Assembly: GCA_001949185.1 (NCBI GenBank)
Contig: BDGG01000013.1
Span: forward strand, 1,189,226 to 1,253,225
Source of the DNA: Ramazzottius varieornatus
Lineage: Eukaryota > Animalia > Tardigrada
DNA: 64,000 nucleotides
Direction: 5' to 3'
The notes below the pieces were generated by a model, which ran no database searches, was not told the origin of the DNA, and worked only from the letters and a program-made list of their open reading frames with translations. The position numbers and the translations under genes are program-made. Positions 1-12,035 of the stretch are shown piece by piece. Position 1 is the first letter of the stretch. Each line of letters opens with the position of its first letter.

Positions 1-351
1 CAGAGCACTGTACGTTTCCATCTCACACGGTATCATTCTCACTGTAGAGTGTGCATTATGTACATACAGCAGACACAATCCCATAGCAGTAGTCATAGTA
101 GGTCATAAGTATAATATCCATTCACGTCGAACTCGAATCGTGTAAAATCATCGTTTCGGTTGCTGAATGTGGAAATAATTTCCAAACAGTAATTAGGTCG
201 TGTCAAACAAGGTTCTTTTTTCCGCGGTAATTTCGGCCTTCTTCATCTTCGTGAAGCTTTTCCAACTGAGGCTTACTTCGTCATGTTTTGCGGCGTCAGG
301 GTACTGAAACCTCGTATCTATTCTGCGGATATGTAGTTTTGATCGTTCAGC

Positions 352-3300
352 ATGTTGCCGATTGTGTATTACTTCCCTCTTTTGTGGAAAACCAATACTC
401 TTTGTCAAGATGGGATGGTTGTTGACGATATGCATATGTCTATCGGAAATCAGATTCGATTACTCAATCTGGGCGTGGATTACAGCCACCGGATATTGTG
501 CGAAGAGAAGTGCCAGACATCCAACTACAATGGTTTTCTCAACCTTGCCGACAAGGAAGCAGACTGTAACACGACGAATATGAGGTTCTTCTGCCCGTGC
601 AAAACCAATCCCACATCGTGTAGAGGTGGGTGAAGTGTGACGGTGCTCTAACTATTCATCAATGTTGGTTGAAAGCTCAGAGTTGCAGTTTCGATTTGTA
701 CGCACTTCGACTTTTTATCCTTTAGGTGACAGTATTCGCCTGACCGGCGGGACGTATGGTTTTCTGGAAATTTTTGGGCCCGATCATGGGCATGAGGGCG
801 AACCGCACCACGGGCACGACCACAGCAAATGGTTTCCAGCCTGTGCTTCCACCATAGGTGCGGAAAGAAGGAAGATTGGACAGGTCGTGTGCAAAAGCTT
901 CAACATGACGTTTGAAAGATCATATGGTATACGGCTGTACACCCTTTATTTCTAAGCACTAGGCACAAGTCTCTTCCGACTTAGCTATACTTTCAGTATG
1001 ACCGTTCAGAATATAACGGTACCGTTCTTTCGAATTTCTTGAGTTCTTACTTTCATTGTAATATGCATTGTTTGTGTAGCCACTGTAAGTTTGCTTTGCT
1101 CTCCAGGTACCAAACTGTCCGGAATATATCCGTATTCGCGTAATACTTCGTATTTCCCATGGGATTTCACTTGTAACGGTGAAGAAGACTCGCTGCGAGG
1201 ATGTAGCTTTACGGACCCCAAACGGTCAGGCAAACACAAGTCGACGGGCTGTCGAAATGGGACAGCTCCCCTGTACATAATGTGCACCACGGCGGGCCGA
1301 GACCCCGATCTCACCAGAGACAAGATTCCCGGACTCCAGCTGCAAGTAACGGACGCCGTTACCAGTAAAAGCACTGTAACGGAACCTACAGTGTTCGAAA
1401 TGTTCGAACCGACCTTCGGTCGCTGGACACCCATCTCCGAACTAGGCTGGACGCCCATCGAAAATGACGCAGCATGTAGCCTTCGCGGACGCAATGACCT
1501 CTTCGGCGCCAATCGAATGTTCAGCTGTAAGGCCTACTACGACTACTACAAGACACGGGGCCACGACGCGCCCACAGGGTACTACCAAATCATGGCTGAC
1601 GGAGTCCTCATGCCCATATACTGCGACATGGATTACACCGATCCGGGCTGGAACTTGATCTTCAACAACACTTTCGACACATATCTGAACAAAACAACGG
1701 CGCTGGAGTACAACATTTTCAACCATAGCCTGACCAGCACGTACACGATACTGGCGTACGCCGATGATCTGACACAAAGGTTCCCCGGTCGATCGTTTGA
1801 TTTGCGGATCGATGTGAACGATCAAGTTCCTGATGGCGGTGGGGGGCATTTTCGACTACCCAAAACGGAGTCGTTGATTAGTTCTAGAATTTCTAGAAAT
1901 ATCAAAATACTTCAACTGGGTTCGGTCGAAGACGTGTTCAAGAACCCAGAAAATGCAAAATCTGGTTTTACCTTGATGGTACCGCATTTCTCGAACTGGA
2001 CGGAGGGGAACTCGGTGTATGGAATGAACGTGAATGCCAAACCGGCTAGCGTTTACGGTAATTTAATTTCGCGAAGTCCCGTCAAGGAGAAGTACAGTTT
2101 CTGGACAGCGGGACTCGGGCTAGATCGACCGAGGTATACATCGATGTGGGTGAGGGAAGTACCCGAAGAGCCACCAAAGGTTGGAGAGAACTGTACTACA
2201 AGCAGCCGCTACTTGTTCGAGAGTCGAAAGTTCAGTAAGCGGCAGATCTATGCTTCGAGCAGCAGACCAGACCATGAACCGTGGCAAAGTCACATCGGAG
2301 GTGCGCAAACACGTTCACTGTATGATGAAGACTTTTTAAACAAGAATTTCCTCTTGCGTTGTAGGTAATGGTTGGATCGCAGCGCCGAAACTGGCGGAGC
2401 TGGAGCTGACGCTAAAGTCCCACGACGACTTTGAGTGGGTCATGGTGGATCTTTTGCAAGTCCATGTCATTCACAAACTGGTCATTATGGCAGTGGCTGT
2501 ACCTCCACCAGAGACCGATACGGCCACGGACAGCGCGTCGGAGGGTAACCCGACTTGCTGGCCAAACAACATTACTGTGATTGCCAGAACCAGCTGGGCT
2601 GACAAGGAGAAGATAGTCGAGATAGACCTAAAGAACAGAACCGTTGGCCGAGACATTAATAACCCGTTCAACGTGGAGTTAAAACCGCCAGTGATTGGAC
2701 GGTTAGTAAAGATCGAAATAAGGAACTATACCGGGTCGAGGTACGAGAGTTACCCGGTGTCGGAATGTCTTCGATGGAATTTGTACGGATGCCCGATTGG
2801 AACGCCGTCTACCTCCAAGTACTGTACACGCGCCTGGCCTAAGTCTTGGCATGAACAAAAGTCTTGGCAGCACGGCCCGGCGGCATTTTAACACAAAGAA
2901 TGTTGTATCGGAACAGAAACTGGTCGTGTGACGTCATGAAGTCAGAATTTCGCAATGCGCTTTTTATTGTTCAGTCACTCCAGTATCATTTGAAATTCTG
3001 TCGCATTCTTTGTTGAGTTTTTCTTCCAGTCTTGAGTAACTTGAGCTTGGCAAATGTCAGAAGGTTCTAAGAGCAAGAAACGCCGGAAGTATACCGAGGA
3101 AAGTCTGAAGGATGCAGTTCGCGCAGTGGCAAACACAGCTAGCGAACCGGTTCTGTTTCAACTGTAAGCGAACACAGCTGGCGGAGCCGCTGTTTCGGAA
3201 ACCACTTGCCAAGACTTTTGTCCATTCCAAGACTTAGGCCAGGCGCGTGTAGGCCCAATTCGAGCAAAACTTTTGAGCAACCAAATATCTTGACGATGTT

Positions 3301-6300
3301 GGCAAGATAGTAATTTAGTAACTGGGCTCATTGAATCTGGATGCAACTTGCAGTACTGTACACCTGGTCTGGAATCTCACCATATTGTTTGTCTGTAGTT
3401 ATTTAATGTCTGCGACCAGGAAGTACAACTACTACGTCAACAAGCTATCCCAAAAATCTTCCGATTCCCTTACCGAGAAAACCTACTTCGAAACCTCAAC
3501 CTGTGACTTTGCCAGTGTTCGAGTCAACCTCCAAAAGTCCGTCTTGCTCACTGGCATTGTTCTGGGCGGAAATCCGCTCACGATCTCCTCGACGAAACTC
3601 AGCGATGTCAAGATCTACGCCAGTTGGGATGGTCGGTCTGAGAATTACCTCCATGTCAACGGGACAGTTCTTTCTCCAGACAAGGACGAAGGCGTGACCA
3701 CCGCCTTCACCATGAAGCTAGCCAACGAGCCACTGTACATTGCGGTCAACGGCTTCGGTTCCAGGCAAATACGCTTTCAGCATGACATGGGATGCTCCTT
3801 CCGCTTCGAGCTGATTGGTCGTGAAGTGAAGGATTGGTGTAATGCGCCGTTGGGTATCGCGAGGAACGGGAGTACGCATCACATAGTTGTCTCATCAATG
3901 AGAAACGGAACAAAAGAATATCCGACATTCTACGGAATTCCCCAGCTATCGCTCGACTCCCGACTTCTTTCAGTAGGTAATTAGTTCTGTTAATTCTACT
4001 GTCCTCAAGTGTTCAATCTACGAATGCTAATCGTCCGCAGGTTATGGTGCGTGGGTGGCTAATGACAGTGACCAGAAACCGAACGTGAAGGTGGACCTGA
4101 AGTACCTATATACCGTCACCGCAATTCACATCAGCGGGATGGGTACATTGACCAAATGGCGGCGGTTCAACTTGAGCTACGCCTTGACAGCGGAAAAGTG
4201 GACGCTCTACGGTGATTTGTCCAAGAACCGGCAATTGGGAAATGGCAGGGACAAACGAGTTGAACTGGTACCTCCTATTGCCTTGGCCCGGTACATCAAG
4301 ATCGACTTACGAGGGACCGAGCTCAACCTGAAGTTCGAACTGTTCGGTTGCAGAGTACCGTACTCCAGTTAGTACAGCGATCGCGTCGTACTGCATACTC
4401 TTTTCTTTCTCGAACTTTTCTACGGTGTCTCTAGGGTCGGACAAGGTTCCGGGACTGAATATGCTGAAAGGCTTGCGCTTGACCGTTGACTACAAAGCAA
4501 TGGCCATGGCACAAGCAGAGGCGGACGCAAAGGCGAATGCTGAAGCTGACGCAGCCGACAACCGAGGGACGGCGCCCGTAACACCTGCTCCAATCAGCCG
4601 GGTGAATGTCACGAAAATACCGAAAGTTTCAAAGTTCAAATCCTTTCGCGAGTGCTTTGAGGAGCACAACGTGTATATCCCCAACAACCAGAGTTTTCTA
4701 TACGACCGAATACAAGGTCGGTGTGGAGGAGCGCAGCCGCTACCTAACAGCACCTTCGTGACGGGATATGAACGGGATCCCGATTTCGACTTACATTGGC
4801 TAGTCCGAAATCCCAAGCCCGGTAAGCTTATTTTGAAAAATGGGCATGTCCCCTACAATATATCCTGGTAATTGCTGGAAGCACGGAAGTAAGTGCTCGT
4901 GTCATATGCACAGCTCGCCAATAGTTCAGTTTCCATCTTGATCCCGTCGCCAGGTCAATGGACCGGATTTGTACGATTTTCTACGGGTGGTTCACAACTT
5001 TTGTGCTTTCCAGAAGGCTGGGGTGTGCGACCATTGATATCCAACGTCCGCTGTAGCAATCCTTACACGTTTCTCGAAGAGTGTGACTACCGTCATGGCC
5101 AGGACGACCCCGACTTCCCATCGGCACCCATCGTTCCGGACTGTCCCATCTACTGCGGTGACCCAGGCCATTCCAGTGATGTTCGGCGGACCGGTCGCAA
5201 GTTCAGCTACCCCTCTGACAACGTCACGTACACGTGCATTTACCAGCAGGTCCAACAACCAGACCCTGTTACCGCCACATGCGATATTGACGGCCGGTGG
5301 AGTGCCGAGCCCCTCCGATGTCCACGTCTTGACGACAAGAACCTGGCGCTTGACTACCCATTTCAGCTCAGCACGTGGGATCCGCATCTGACATGGGTGG
5401 CAAAATCGTGGCCAACGGGCGCCAACTGGAAAAATAAATCGCTACAATGCCACTCGACGATGCGAAGCACATATCCGTATATGCTCGTCGACTTCCACAC
5501 ACCCACGGCTGTGGAAAACGTCACCTTGGATTTCGGTAAGCCTACGCAGAGTTGACAGGGAGCACGCAAACAAATCCGGCTAGAGCGTTTTCCGAAGTGG
5601 CGCACGTCTTCGGCGATACTGAGATCACGCGCTACTTGCGAAAACGATCTGGACGAGTTTGTTTGCCGAGCTCAGATTGTTTCGCGTGCACACCTTTTGA
5701 TTCTGACCAACTTTGGGCTTTTCAGGAATTGGGGAGGATTTAGCTAACTCCAATTTGAACGTGCTCATCACAAATCACAGAGACCCGGAGAAGGCTGGCA
5801 ACGATATATGCTTTCACCAATACAACTCGAAAGTCCTCCGCAGACAAATTCTGTCCGTCAAGTGCGCTGCTCAAGTGGTGGGACGGTACATGATACTGCA
5901 GTTCCGGGGAAGTGACCGTGTGGAACTGTACATCTGCTCCGTGTCGATACAAGGTTCGTCGTCTTCACCATATGAGAACCTAGCCGAATACCAGACGACC
6001 AAGCAGATATCGAGGTTGTTCCAAACGCAGACGCCGTTGCCCAAGGCAAATTACTTTGCATTCTTGGCTGTGGATGGTAATACTAGTCTAGCATATGATC
6101 CTGACAAGTTCAATGACAGCTCGTGCCAAGCGTCTGGTGTGGAAGGTGCTCCGTGGATGGCGGTAGACCTCGCTCAGGAGAGCGCGGTTAGTGGAGCATC
6201 GTTGCACATCAACCCATCGTTGTATGACGATGCCGATGTGTTAACCATATTGGTATCTAACAACAACCCGACTCTTGCCGGGTATGTGAAAACTTCGCAA

Positions 6301-7939
6301 TATTGATTTCTGGTGTCGAGCTCATTTACTCCTTCGGTTCGATACTTGGAAGCTCGGGGAATAAATTCGACCAGATCGTTTTCCCAAGTGGCGCACATTT
6401 CGGCACTATTGGCTGGAAGCCTGCGCCACTTGGAAATATGATCAGGTCGAGTTTGTTTGCCTATCCCCGTTTTTTTCACAATGCAAAGGTTTACTTTTTC
6501 GCATCAGACTAGGCAACCGCTTTTTACGTTTTCTCCCTTTTTTAGGGATCCCATCTGCGCGAATATCACAGCGTTTTCGTCGATCACCACCACGCCCGTT
6601 CCAGTGAAGTGTGAGAACGGCACCATCTATGGGCGATACGTTAACGTTTCGCTTACAACCGCCACCCCGAAAAGTCTCGTCATCTGCGAACTTCAAGTAT
6701 GGGGTCGCAATTGCACCGATCGCATCGACCGCGCCATCAAGAAACCCGTCCTTTCCAGCACGACTCTTGGCTCCTCTCTCAGTCACCACCTCGTCGACTA
6801 CCAACCGGACACAACCTTCTCCACCGACTACGAAGCAAACCCGTACATAATCGTGGACCTCATCGGTACGTATTATCTGGACTATATCGAGCTCGACCTG
6901 GCCGACTCCGAGATCGAAGGACTGAATCTGTCAACATCGAACAATATCTCGCTGGTAGAATTCAAGCAAACTGGTCCAGAAGTGAGGCTCATCGAAGCAG
7001 GTGCGTTACGAGTGCAGCATTGTCCATGCATACTTTTCACTTGGCAGTTACTCGTTTGTATGTGTAGGTGCGACGAACTACCAGATGAAGATCTCCGCAC
7101 CGTATAACCACGCCCGCTACGTTAAGATCCAAGCTCGCAACATCACAACCTTTTCCGTCGCCATCAAGCTTCGAGCTCTCCGTGTCATAAGTCGCGCATG
7201 TTACCTCAACCCGAAATCCGGTGACGTCAGCTATCGCAACCTCGCTTTCCACCTCGTTGCAGGTGTCAACGCTAGCGAAGGTGATCTCAAGATTGCTGAG
7301 ACGGAGGTGGCGACTAAGGGCGTCACAGTCGACGGTATCAAGAATGCGCGCCCGACCATGTGCCTCAGCACGACCAAGAATCCATCATGGAACTTGACAC
7401 TTCCCGCCAACGCTTCCATATACCGTGTATCAATCTTCGGGTCATTCCCCACGGCGCTACGGGTGGACGTCAGAGAGACCATGGACGAAGCTATCGGCCA
7501 GTTTTGCGGGACGCTGCAGTCGTCGGATAGTAGCGTGATCGAAACGTCGGTGGTCTGCGATGTAAGGAGCCAGCAGAATCAACCGCTGGGTCTGAACGGC
7601 TACATCATCACAATTCAGCCAACGGCCACTTCGGACAGCGCCACCATCATGCTTTGCGAAGTGGAGGTATGGGGTGTGACGCCTGCGATGCAGGATATAG
7701 TAGCCAAGAAAAAAGAGGATGAAAGGATTGCCAGTCTACCACCGGAACCTGATCCAACGGATGAGCCAACAGATGAGCCAACAGATGACGCATCATTTTC
7801 CACTGCTCCAACCACTGAACCCCCAGCGCCATTTCCCCCAGCGCTATCTCCCCTAGCGCCATCTCCCCTAGCGCCATCTCCTCCAGCGCCTTCTCCGCCA
7901 ACTGATCCTCCAACCCCAGACCTTCCAGTTACTCCGTAA
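352..7939 (+). CDS. Large multi-exon extracellular mosaic protein: SRCR-like, fibrinogen/intelectin-like, three F5/8 type C (discoidin), sushi/CCP, about four F-type-lectin-like (FTP) domains, Pro-rich C-terminus
   Basis: Successive + ORFs are joined by GT-AG introns. Motifs: SRCR (IRLTGGTYGFLEI..W..C..VVCK, FTCNGEEDSLRGC), fibrinogen-like (SCKAY..TGYYQI..IYCDMD..GWNLIF), discoidin (WVMVDL..CLRWNLYGCP, FRFELIG, LKFELFGC), sushi (CGDPG..TYTC..TCDIDGRWSAEPLRCP), FTP-like (NLA..AVDGN..PWMAVDL..GRYV..ICELQVWG). Stop at 7937-7939. True start is uncertain and may lie upstream. Confidence 0.8.
2827..3249 (+). mobile_element. Non-autonomous pogo/Tigger-like DNA transposon (internal deletion derivative) in an intron
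   Basis: Perfect 23-bp TIRs CACGCGCCTGGCCTAAGTCTTGG (2827-2849, 3227-3249) extend imperfectly to about 43 bp, with TA on both flanks. Internal ATG at 3054 reads MSEGSKSKKRRKYTEESLKDAVRAVA, like the start of a psq/CENP-B HTH transposase. Confidence 0.85.
5560..5671. repeat. Intronic palindromic element, family A, monomer
   Basis: Arms gcaaacaaatccggctagagcgttttccgaagtggcgcac and gcgctacttgcgaaaacgatctggacgagtttgtttgc are reverse complements with mismatches. Confidence 0.85.
6352..6461. repeat. Intronic palindromic element, family A, monomer
   Basis: aataaattcgaccagatcgttttcccaagtggcgcac ... tgcgccacttggaaatatgatcaggtcgagtttgtttgcc. Confidence 0.85.
7741..7936 (+). repeat. Coding tandem repeats (EPTD and SPLAP/SPPAP) in the Pro-rich tail
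   Basis: 12-nt gatgagccaaca units and 15-nt ccatctcccctagcg units. Confidence 0.8.
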
Positions 7940-10018
7940 TCACGGAGCGGCTAACTGGGCCTTGGCGTCACAGCAGTCAGCAAAAAAATTGAACCTGCTG
8001 CAAATATCAGAGCGACTTTGATCTTAATTCGATGTCGAGACGGTCGGGTCTCGGAAAAGCTGCAGATTTAACTTTTGGACCTAGAATCTGGTTCGTGCGG
8101 TATTCTGCGCACCAGGGTTTTGCGGCTTTTTTGACTATACATACTGGTAGCAAGTTCTGTAGAGATGCTGGAAGCTGGCATTGGTTCGGTCGTTGAGCCA
8201 TTCTCTGCTGTTCTACCGTAACCTACTGTATATACCGGTAAGCCGAACCTAACTGGTATTTTAACGTTGTATTTTAATTTGTGTTTGTAAGGGACTGTGA
8301 TACGGCTTCTGTGAATACAAACAAAACAGCGAATACAAGAATTGGCTCGCCTGCGGCTCGCTGTTAAGCTTGGAGCAGTTGCAAGTACCATGGACGGGTG
8401 TGGTGATCAAATTAGGACCCAAGAATTTTAGCAGGAGGGAAGTTTCTCCAAGACGTTGCGGGATAAGAGAAAAGCGAGACTCTGATTAGCCACAATTTCA
8501 CGAGCTTGGAAAAGGTGGTCCATGAACTGCAAGGAAGTTTTTTAGAATAGCTGACGAGATTCAACGAGACCGGTAGAGTGGAGCACGACGTATGAACGGA
8601 CAATTCTGTCTTGGTGCAAAAAGGGTGTGTGTCTGGAACCATCCAGATTAGATCTCGCGTGAGGATTTGCAGACGACTTATTTAACATGTACGTCAAAAC
8701 ACCTTCAGGAAATAATCAACTGGTTGACTGCGCTTCCGAGATTTTGGTTTGCCGTTGAAGTATTTTCCCAGCTTCCGGGGAGCTTTCACTCGGATATCAC
8801 ACCGGTTTGTACTGTTATCAATGCGTCACCACGGGGAACAACGAGTAACCGCAAGGATCCTCGCTGAACGAGTTAGAAAGAGCACCTGCGCCAGTAGCAA
8901 CGAGGAGTGAGTACCGCGGGACAATGGTAGAGATTGCTGGAGAGGACATGAATAGTAACATGAAACTAGTTAAGGTCAGGGTTACAAGCTTATCCAAAGA
9001 TCAGCCCCGCGCTTACTTGTGGGCCATGCCTCCACATGCTGATTGGCTGTGGATCTGAGCCGTAGTCTACTGCTAAGCAAACGGAAAGCAGTGGTTACAT
9101 GTCATCAATCAACCAACAAACGTCTAGCCTTGATTTGAAACGAAAGACCCATATAGTCTTCAAGTTCCTTTTGAATGTTTTGTCTGCTCCGTCTGGGATT
9201 TTGTGCTTTACATAGTAACGCTGCTAGATCGGTCAATCAAGACGTTTAAAACACTGCGGATGCAAACCCTGTTGTAGCCGATGTAGACAGCCAATCAGCT
9301 GATCCATGCATTTGCGCCTGATGCAATATTGTAGCCTAGTTTCTAGACCCTCAGTCAAACACGCCAGTTGGGGTGGTCCTGTTTTCATGTTACTTTATGA
9401 CGTCTCTTGAAATGTCTGGACACTGAAACTGAAACTGAAACAGTGGACAATGGACACTGGACACTGAAACAGTTGGTCGATTTGCCCAGCTGTCCACTGG
9501 AATCACTGCATCCGTACCGGCAGGTGCAGCCCGTCAACCGGAATATGGGATGCCGGCGAAATGCAGCGGCGAGAACAACAATTTATCGCCAGCGAGTCCG
9601 TATACACTTGGCCTAAGGCATGGATGTTATCAAAGATGACTCATTGTTGATTGTAAAGTACGTACGTCATGGGGACGGGCGCACTCACCCTGTGTTTCGA
9701 ATTTTGACCGCTATTGTAACACCTCTGTTCTTGGCGTTCTATTTTGTCGCAACTCATGTGTCCAGTATCTATGTCCAGCGTCCTCCCCATGGCATTAAAG
9801 ATATTTAGGAAAGCAACGTGTTCTTGGATTTGGAACAAACGGGTATTTCGGATCACCACGAATATTTGAGTGAGCTTGTTCCACAAGCGGTTTTTCCGAA
9901 GTCTAAACCGGTTGCTCTAAATGACCTTTGAGTGATCTTGAACGGTTTGCTTGCATTCCGTTTCCAGAGCTGTGGGTGAATCTGAAGCACCTTAATGGAA
10001 AGTATGAAACGTAGACTG

Positions 10019-11135
10019 CTATAGGAGCGAGCTCGTTGAATTTTTCTCCGCGAAAACATAAACTGGCGTCATTCGAAAGAGCTGCGCATATGGATACGTG
10101 ATTTTCGAGGGAGAGTTGGACAATATTGAGTTTGACCACAAAGGAATGAAGCTTTTTGGGGCGGTCTTGTCGCCAAACGCATGATCATTGGCTGGCGCAC
10201 TATCTTGGATTTCAACACCGTTCCCAGATTTCGAGGCATCTTTTCTCTGTGCTGCTGACTTGGTGACGGATACCATATGAGATCTTAATCCAGCTTTGTA
10301 TACTGTGCTGACAGGAAAGAACATCAGCTGAAACCAAAAGAAGTATTGCGTGGTTGAGGTTCACTAAAATGATTTCTCGGAAATAATCTTACCGGGTTCC
10401 CTGCATACTGAGTTAACGGTAGTAGCCGCAACCAGCTAGCCAAGGAAGGGTATTTCACAAAAGGGGTAGGAAAGCTCGAGTTCAAAATGGTCAAAGGTAG
10501 AGTGAACACCAAGCACCGCAAAAGTGACGCCGCCATAGCTTTAGCCACGACCAAGCGTTTCCGTATTGTACGTCGTTGTTTGATAAGAGCAACCAGCTGG
10601 CTGACCGGTAAAATCGGTCCACGAGAGATAGCCCTTGGATGAAGGTACCGGAATGCCGTTGCAGCGATTGCCCGCTGACAGAACCCCGACAATACAGTAA
10701 GGAATGATAACATAAAGGTACGTCCATAACCGTTCGGAAGCGTTGCGTGGTCTAGTGACGCAACCTCCGTCGGGTAGCGGCGCATAAATCATTGTGGAAC
10801 CGGTCGACGGAATCAAGATTACAATGAGCGAAATCATCCACGCAGCTGCAACCAGTGCGAGGGAAACCTTGGTAGTCCGCCACTGTGTGTATCGAAGAGG
10901 GAAGTAAATGGCGACGACTTGGTCGATCGCTAGGCTAACGTCTGTCCAAGCGGATGCCGATTAGAACAGATGGAAGAGCGGGAAGAAGTGGCATGGCGGA
11001 CTGATGGTGTAGCCGAGTGACGCAAGAAGAACGGAAGTTTTGATACCAAGGTAGCCGATGCCGGACAGGAGCAGTCTAGTAAGCGCAACATTCCCAACCA
11101 AGGTTCGTGTGGCACAGTGCGAAGTCCGATCCTTA
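10019..11135 (-). pseudogene. Class-A (rhodopsin-like) GPCR pseudogene, TM2 to helix 8
   Basis: Minus strand reads LVGNVALTRLLLS..C..F*SASAWTDVSLAIDQVVAIYFPLRY..AWMISLIVILIP..IIPYCIVGVLS, then a frameshift near 10680, then KRLVVAKAM..VFTLPL..QYAGNP, an intron, and LMFFPVSTVYKAGL. In-frame TAA near 10962. The frame ends at the mariner left end. Confidence 0.75.
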
Positions 11136-12035
11136 GATCAGGTGCGGAAGTGTGACTTGTTACTCCTGAAAACACTTCGAATACAAATATACGCATCTCT
11201 GCTCCCCCACTTCCTTTCGTCTTGAACTTTTTTTTCAGTCATTCCTACAAGTGTCTACCTTCGTCTGGTAGTTTACTTTTGTGAGCCGGTTGCTTCGGCG
11301 CGGAGCGAGAAGACTTTTCTTTGGATCATGAATAAAGCGAAACTACGAGTGGTTTTGAAGTATGAATTTCGCCGAGGCACCAGCGCATCTTTGACCGTCA
11401 AAGAAGTAAACCACGTATTTGGGGAAGAAACTGCTGACAAGATGACGGTAGGTCGCTGGTTTGGACGCTTCCGTTCTGAAGATTTTTCCCTCGAAGATCG
11501 TCCCCACGGACGACCAAAGCTGAAAGTGGACAACGAAGTACTGAAAACGCTCGTCGAATCCGATCCTTCCCAGACTACTGTGCAATTATCGAGACACTTC
11601 GGTGTATCTCCTCGTACCATCACTGAACATTTACATGACCTGGGGAAGGTAAGAAAACTGGAAAAGTGGGTGCCTCACTCACTTGGCGCACTCCAAAAAG
11701 AATTCAGATTTATGGCTTTTCTTTGTCACCTGATCCGCAACAAGAAAGAATCGATTTCGGATCGCATTATTACTTGTGATGAGAAATGGATCCTGTACAA
11801 CAACCGTAAGCGAAAGCGGCAGTGGTTGGACGAGGGGGAAGAGCTACAGGAAATTCCGAAGCCAGAACTCCATCAAAAGAAAGTCATGGTCGCTGTGTGG
11901 TGGAGTTCTCGCGGCCTCGTGCACTACGACTCTCTTCCACCGGGCAAAACGATCAATGCGGGCTACTACTGTCTGGAACTCGAGACAGTCATGAAGAAGC
12001 TTGCCGTTCAACAGCCGAAATTAATCAATCGTCTT

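Noticed and set aside
1006-7913. Antisense ORFs over the lectin gene and other genes
   Set aside because: Shadow ORFs expected opposite GC3-rich coding exons.
8000-9000. Short ORFs downstream of the lectin gene
   Set aside because: All frames are interrupted and no family is recognisable.
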